Positions 50,727-56,223 of a DNA stretch of 56,223 nt are shown one piece after another. Source of the stretch: a virus (Duplodnaviria > Heunggongvirae > Uroviricota > Caudoviricetes); the IMG/VR virus record IMGVR_UViG_3300011008_000036, positions 625 to 56,847 of that record. One strand, written 5' to 3'. The position numbers were made by a program, and so were the translations under genes. Numbering within the stretch: position 1 is the stretch's first letter; the number at the start of each line of letters is the position of its first letter. The notes under the pieces were generated by a model. That model made no database searches and had not been told where the DNA came from. It saw only the letters and a program-made list of their open reading frames with translations.

Positions 50727-50939
50727 ATGATTATATGGAATGCACAAGATATCAAGAATACATATGAAGAAGATGATGATAAAGATACGCTACAATCATT
50801 ATGCAAAAAATATCTGGAAAGTGATTTTAAACCAATAATGAGAGTGGTCAAAGAAGATCCTGGTGATATATCATTTGGGATTGGAATAGTTATAATTTTC
50901 CTAATAATTATATTCATTGCTATACATTTTATTCATTAA
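50727..50939 (+). CDS. Small protein with a C-terminal transmembrane segment
   Basis: SD AAGGAG; hydrophobic tail. Confidence 0.6.
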   Translation: MIIWNAQDIKNTYEEDDDKDTLQSLCKKYLESDFKPIMRVVKEDPGDISFGIGIVIIFLIIIFIAIHFIH

Positions 50940-50949
50940 TGATTAAAAT

Positions 50950-50988
50950 ATATTTAGATATAGTCTATTATAGACTATATCTAAATAT
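50950..50988. terminator. Bidirectional terminator-like hairpin
   Basis: 18-bp perfect stem between convergent genes. Confidence 0.7.
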
Positions 50989-51776
50989 TATATTTCTCTC
51001 ATAGCTTGTTTAATATCGTCAATTTCTTCAGTTAAAACAATATCATCTAAATTATCAATATCATATTTTTTTGCTTTAAAATAATTATACTTAACCCAAA
51101 CTTGTAATAATCGATAATATATCTTAATTAGTGCTGGAATATTTCCTCTAACATCATAAACGATATCATGAATAAATCTACAATATTTATCCATATCATC
51201 TAAATAATTTTTATAATGATTTACTAAATTTATCGTTGGTTGAAATGATATGTGATCATTGTATCCATATAAAATCATTATACCAAATATTGTATCTTGT
51301 ATATTAATATTTTTATTTAAATGATTAATTAATGTATAATACAATTCTCTATTTAATTCTTCAGGAGATCCAATTTTTCTAAGATCCGAAAGTTTATTTA
51401 TTGCATCTTGAGCATTTTTATATCTATATAAAAATATTAAATTAACATGTGAATCAAATCTTCTTGATACTTCTATTCTATGAATACAATATTCGTTTTC
51501 ATCATTTATCATTAAACAATATTTAGTTGAACTTTTAAAATTTTCCCATTTGTTATCGATTGGAACATCTCCTAAATATCTAATTATTTCATGAGATTTT
51601 TCTTTAACATAATAAATTGTATTAGGATCTTTAACTTTAATTAAATCAAATTCTTCTCGTCCATACACAGGTAATGGGTCGATGGTATCTTTTAAATTTT
51701 CATATAAATGTTTATTTAAATCTATTTGATTTCCTTGTAGTGGATGATTAATATTATAATCAGTGGATGCTAACAT
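50988..51776 (-). CDS. Hypothetical protein (262 aa)
   Basis: SD AGGAG on the minus strand. Confidence 0.75.
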   Translation of the reverse strand: MLASTDYNINHPLQGNQIDLNKHLYENLKDTIDPLPVYGREEFDLIKVKDPNTIYYVKEKSHEIIRYLGDVPIDNKWENFKSSTKYCLMINDENEYCIHRIEVSRRFDSHVNLIFLYRYKNAQDAINKLSDLRKIGSPEELNRELYYTLINHLNKNINIQDTIFGIMILYGYNDHISFQPTINLVNHYKNYLDDMDKYCRFIHDIVYDVRGNIPALIKIYYRLLQVWVKYNYFKAKKYDIDNLDDIVLTEEIDDIKQAMREI

Positions 51777-51881
51777 ATTAAAATCAACTCCTATATTTTT
51801 TAAAGATATATTATTATTTTATATATTAAAGAAATTGTATTTGGTATCTTAATTAGAGAGAAAGGATGTATGTGAAAATAA

Positions 51882-54242
51882 ATGAGTATTGATATAAATC
51901 CTAATGAAAAATTTATTGAACATAATGTTGCTGATTTAGCATTATCATATGATACAACGAGAGCTTATAATGTTAATGTTGCAAGAGTTGTACCTGATCT
52001 CAGTGATGGATTAAAACCTGTTCAAAGACGAGTGTTATATTCAATGTATTTAGATGGTGGAATGAAAACTTTTAAAAAATTAGCAACTATTAGTGGTCAA
52101 ACATTTGGTAAGTTTCATCCGCATTCGACAACAAGCATATCGGATGCAGTTGTACTAATGGCACAAAGTTGGCGAAATATGATACCTCTGATAGAACCAG
52201 CTGGAAATTTTGGTTCACCTGACGGAGCAGAAGCAGGTGCTGATAGATATATTCAAGCCAAATTATCTGATTATGCAATATCATGTTTCTTTGAAGATTG
52301 GAAGGAATCTGTTGTAGATATGAAGGAAGCATATACAGAAGAAGAATGTGAACCTTTATATCTTCCAAGTAAATATCCAAATGTATTATTGAATGGGACC
52401 TTGGGCATAGGATACGGTACATCTAGTAATATCCCAGCCCATAATTTCAAAGAAATTATTGATGCTACTATCAAATTGATACATAATTCACATGCAAATA
52501 TTGTATTGATACCAGATTCAACAACTGGAGCTGATATTATTCAAACAGATTTTGCAAATATATGTGAAAGAGGAAGAGGATCGTATACGCAACGATGTAC
52601 TTATGAAATTGATCCAGAATTAAATACTATAAGAATCACATCTCTTCCAGAATTAGTTAATGCTAATGATATTATAGATAAAATTGCATCATTAAAATTG
52701 GAAAATAAATTTAGTGAATTGGAAAATATGAAAGATTTATCTGGGAAGAAAATTAATATTATCCTATATATTAGAGAAGATATTAATCCATATAAATTTA
52801 TGAGAAAACTAATTAAAGAAGTACAAGGTCTTGAACGAAATTATCCAGTAAATATCACAGTTGTATCAGATTATTCTACATATGATTTATCATATAGAGA
52901 TTTATTGTTACAATGGATAAATTATCGTAGAGAACAGAAACGAGTTGTAATTAGTAACAAGAGAACGAATTTAATTGCTGAACAACGAACCAATGATGTT
53001 AAAATATTTATTCTTGATGGAAATAATTTACAAGACACTGTAAAGATATTTTCAACAAATAAAAATAGAGAATCTATTGAAAAGGAATTAATTAAACGAT
53101 ATAAAGATACTCCAATCAGGATGGATTCACTACAAGCAAGAACTTTATCTAATTTAAGAATGGTTGATTTATCAACTGATGCTCGTGATGGATATCTAAA
53201 ACGAAAAGAAGAATTAATAATCGAATTAGAAAAATTAGAAAATATTTTAAATAAAGATAATGGAATCGATGAAGTTATAATTGGAGAATTACAAGAAGGA
53301 ATTAAAAAGTTTGGAACTAATAGAAGAAGTAATATTGTTCCAAAGAAAATAAGTGTATCATTGGAAATTGAAGGCCATTGTATATTAACATTGTCACAGG
53401 ATGGAATTATTAATAGAAGACAATCATCAAATATAGATGAACCAGTTCCACCATTAGGTGGATTTGCATGTAATGTTGATAATGGATCTTCATTTATACT
53501 TATAAATGATTCAGGATATCATTCATTTATTAGAGTAAAAGATATTCCTATAGATACTGACGTTCCTGTTGCTAGATATTCAAAGAAACCATTGAATGGT
53601 AATATAATTGCTCTGGTTCCATGTAATTTAGATGATGATGAATCATGTACATTAATATCTAGAAAAGGTATTATTAAGAGAACAAGAGTTGTTGATCTAA
53701 GACCTTCAAACAAACCATTCCTTTCATTAGATGCAAATGATTCACTAATAAGAGGAATTGTAACAAAAACAAATTCCAGCAAAGAAATTCTTATTTACAC
53801 TAGAAATGGATTAGGACAAAAAATTAGTATTAATTCCATAAAACCAACACAATCAAATGCTAAAGGTTCAAATGGATTTAAATTAGATAATAACGATGAG
53901 ATTGAAGGTTGTTTCTTAATAAATCCAACTGAGTCACAATATTTGTTATATATAACTTTACGTGGTAGATGTAGGTTGAATGATATTAATTATTTCCCAA
54001 CTCGTGTAAATAAAAATGATTCATTTGTAAATTTAATCTCATTATCGGAACGAGATAAATTAATTGCTGTTGTTGCTGTAAATAAATATGATAAAGTAAA
54101 AATATTTTATGGTGATGGAACAGATGAAGATTTAAATATTGATTTTTTGGAAGCTACAACAATGGGTGATTTACCTAAGAAAGTTTTAAAGAAATCAATA
54201 TCATCCACAAAAGATGGTGTAGTCAAAGTTAAAATTATTTAA
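51882..54242 (+). CDS. gyrA: Type IIA topoisomerase A subunit (GyrA/ParC-like)
   Basis: DGLKPVQRR, FHPHS, GNFGS, active-site DRYI, PNVLLNG, C-terminal pinwheel-like repeats. Confidence 0.92.
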   Translation: MSIDINPNEKFIEHNVADLALSYDTTRAYNVNVARVVPDLSDGLKPVQRRVLYSMYLDGGMKTFKKLATISGQTFGKFHPHSTTSISDAVVLMAQSWRNMIPLIEPAGNFGSPDGAEAGADRYIQAKLSDYAISCFFEDWKESVVDMKEAYTEEECEPLYLPSKYPNVLLNGTLGIGYGTSSNIPAHNFKEIIDATIKLIHNSHANIVLIPDSTTGADIIQTDFANICERGRGSYTQRCTYEIDPELNTIRITSLPELVNANDIIDKIASLKLENKFSELENMKDLSGKKINIILYIREDINPYKFMRKLIKEVQGLERNYPVNITVVSDYSTYDLSYRDLLLQWINYRREQKRVVISNKRTNLIAEQRTNDVKIFILDGNNLQDTVKIFSTNKNRESIEKELIKRYKDTPIRMDSLQARTLSNLRMVDLSTDARDGYLKRKEELIIELEKLENILNKDNGIDEVIIGELQEGIKKFGTNRRSNIVPKKISVSLEIEGHCILTLSQDGIINRRQSSNIDEPVPPLGGFACNVDNGSSFILINDSGYHSFIRVKDIPIDTDVPVARYSKKPLNGNIIALVPCNLDDDESCTLISRKGIIKRTRVVDLRPSNKPFLSLDANDSLIRGIVTKTNSSKEILIYTRNGLGQKISINSIKPTQSNAKGSNGFKLDNNDEIEGCFLINPTESQYLLYITLRGRCRLNDINYFPTRVNKNDSFVNLISLSERDKLIAVVAVNKYDKVKIFYGDGTDEDLNIDFLEATTMGDLPKKVLKKSISSTKDGVVKVKII

Positions 54243-54244
54243 AT

Positions 54245-54285
54245 ATATATAATTAGAAGAGATACCTTCTCTTCTAATTATATAT
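54245..54285. terminator. Terminator-like inverted repeat
   Basis: 18-bp stem after the gyrA stop. Confidence 0.65.
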
Positions 54286-54319
54286 TATTATTGTATATAT
54301 TTGAAAGTAGGGTGAATTT

Positions 54320-56223
54320 ATGATTATGACATTTATACAAATATTAGATGATCTTCGAAATAATTTAATTACAGAAACAGAAGCTTTTGATAAATTATTT
54401 GAAAAGGATAATAAGAAGTTGATAAATTATTATATTTGGTTATGTAGAAATAGTAATGATACATTAAAAGAAAATCAATTACAAGAATTACAATCGATTG
54501 TGGAAGTGTTAAATTATTTATATAACAATGGTCAAAAAAATATAATTTCTGATGAAGATTATGATATTTTACAAGAAAGATTAGTTGATCAAGGAATTCC
54601 TAGACAAAATGAAATAATATCATCGGATAATAAAGTAAATCATCAGTATACTAATCTTAGAGGTACTCTCGATAAAATTTATTATCTTGATGATCCTGTT
54701 AATAGAACTAATAAAAGTAGAAAAAGTTTGGATGAATGGATAAAATCATCTGAAGCTCGTTATAAAAGAAATACAGGTAAAGATATTGATTTATCCGATG
54801 CTAAAGTATTTGTTTCTTGTAAATATGATGGAACATCAGTTGTGTTAAACAATGATGGAATAAATATGACATATTTAACAAGGGGAGATACGAAATTAAA
54901 TTTAGCATCCGATGTTACAAATGTAATGAAACAATTCAATGATATATTTTCTTCATATGGAAAATCTGGACAAAAATTTGAAGTAATGATTACTGAGGAA
55001 GGAAAAGATAAAATAAATGAATATTATCCAAAGCATCCATATAAAAATTCTAGACAAATTGCAACTTCAATATTGAATACAAAAGAAGTAGATTTTAAAT
55101 CAGAATTTTTATATCCCGTACCATTAAGAATTCAATATCCAGATAATGATATTGAAGAAATTCATCCATTATACCTTGAAAAATTTCCATATTTAATTTG
55201 TACTTTAAATGAGCGTGATAAGTTAAAAGAATTTGCATACTCGCATAGATATGCAAAAGTTGCTGGTTCCACTTTTAGAACAGATGGAATTGTGTTAACA
55301 ATTATGGATCCAAAAATTCAATCTGGTTTAAGTAGAGAAAATGCTATTAATAAATTTGAAGTAGCATTTAAATTTACTGAAGAATTTGCATATGCAAAGG
55401 TAAGAGATATAAATTTCTATGTTTCTGAATTTGGGTATATTACTCCCGTATTACAAATATTTCCTATTACATTAAAAGGAAATACAATTGAAAATATTAG
55501 CTTATCCAATAAAGAAAGATTTGATGAGTTAAATTTACATTATAATGATACTGTGAAAATACTATATGATATTATTCCATATGCTGTATTAGATGAAAAT
55601 TGTAAACGACAACCAAATGGAAGAAAAATTCCATTTGTTAAAAATTGTCCACGATGCCATGAGCCTCTAGATTTAGATGTTGTTCAAGTTCAGTGTAAGA
55701 ATCCAAGATGTCCTTCTAGATTACTTGGAAAGATAATGAATTATTGTACAGGTGTAAATATGAAAAATATTGGATCATCTATAATAGAATCTTTGTGGGA
55801 TAATGGATTATTAAATAAAGGAATAAGATCATTATACAAATTAAAGAAACATATTGACGAAATTGAAAATCTTGAAGGATTTGGTAAATTGAAAACCAGA
55901 AATATTATTAAAGAAATTGAAGCTAAACGAAATTTGTTTGACTATGATTTTTTCGGATCCTTAGGAATTGAATCATTGTCCAATAAAACATTTCAGCTTA
56001 TTTTCTCCAATATAAAATTAAGTGATTTTCTAAATATGATTAAACTAGAAAATTACACTTTATTAGTTGAAAAGCTAATTAAAATAAATGGAATTGGAGA
56101 AAATAAATCACAAGTATTAGTCGACTATTTTAAAGATAAAGAAAATGTTAAAGAATTAAATAAACTATTAGATGAAATTCAATTAATTGAATCTTTCAAT
56201 CTAAATCAAAACAGTAAAGGAAT
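54320..56223 (+). CDS. ligA: NAD-dependent DNA ligase (runs off the window end; not in the ORF track)
   Basis: In-frame KYDGTS (54821), TRGD, TDGIV, AFKF, OB domain, CPRC...CKNPRCP zinc finger and HhH motifs. Confidence 0.92.
   Translation, partial: MIMTFIQILDDLRNNLITETEAFDKLFEKDNKKLINYYIWLCRNSNDTLKENQLQELQSIVEVLNYLYNNGQKNIISDEDYDILQERLVDQGIPRQNEIISSDNKVNHQYTNLRGTLDKIYYLDDPVNRTNKSRKSLDEWIKSSEARYKRNTGKDIDLSDAKVFVSCKYDGTSVVLNNDGINMTYLTRGDTKLNLASDVTNVMKQFNDIFSSYGKSGQKFEVMITEEGKDKINEYYPKHPYKNSRQIATSILNTKEVDFKSEFLYPVPLRIQYPDNDIEEIHPLYLEKFPYLICTLNERDKLKEFAYSHRYAKVAGSTFRTDGIVLTIMDPKIQSGLSRENAINKFEVAFKFTEEFAYAKVRDINFYVSEFGYITPVLQIFPITLKGNTIENISLSNKERFDELNLHYNDTVKILYDIIPYAVLDENCKRQPNGRKIPFVKNCPRCHEPLDLDVVQVQCKNPRCPSRLLGKIMNYCTGVNMKNIGSSIIESLWDNGLLNKGIRSLYKLKKHIDEIENLEGFGKLKTRNIIKEIEAKRNLFDYDFFGSLGIESLSNKTFQLIFSNIKLSDFLNMIKLENYTLLVEKLIKINGIGENKSQVLVDYFKDKENVKELNKLLDEIQLIESFNLNQNSKG

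Noticed and set aside
50957-50967. AGATATAGTC resembling an intron S element
   Set aside because: It is one arm of a terminator palindrome; no P, Q or R elements and no interrupted gene nearby.
1-56223. Stop-codon reassignment (alternative genetic code)
   Set aside because: Core genes are long and intact in code 11; TAG and TGA occur as ordinary gene ends; no suppressor tRNA is seen.
1-56223. Uracil-containing DNA as in AR9/PBS1
   Set aside because: It cannot be read from sequence, and I recognised no diagnostic gene in this window.

Overview
A very AT-rich segment of a jumbo phage of the phiKZ/AR9 type; AGGAGG ribosome-binding sites point to a Firmicutes host (inference). It encodes split multisubunit RNA polymerase subunits, a C-terminal family-B DNA polymerase piece, gyrB/gyrA-type topoisomerase subunits, an NAD-dependent ligase, two tRNAs and an RNA/tRNA-repair toolkit (CCA-adding enzyme, Rnl2-type ligase, Thg1, pol-beta NTase). 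Five group I introns are present. For the four complete ones I derived splice sites from P1/P10 pairing, and each restores a reading frame: a 1538-aa beta-like subunit, a 460-aa beta-prime N-half with NADFDGD, and a 576-aa candidate sigma-like subunit. A diversity-generating retroelement is present (target 22115-24193, VR 24065-24178, TR 24873-24986, RT 25469-26557; all 19 VR/TR mismatches are at TR adenines). Its target is flanked by 95-nt perfect direct repeats and preceded by an internally deleted second target cassette. Other notable signals: an intron inside the NADFDGD codons that lacks the Q (P4/P6) element, ends in A and carries an antisense GIY-YIG gene; a six-unit covarying stem-loop array with a CAGCAA motif upstream of the tRNAs; a reciprocally degenerate nuclease/methyltransferase paralog pair; and three free-standing endonuclease genes each frameshifted by an exact tandem duplication. 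All family assignments come from motif recognition by eye; no database searches were run.
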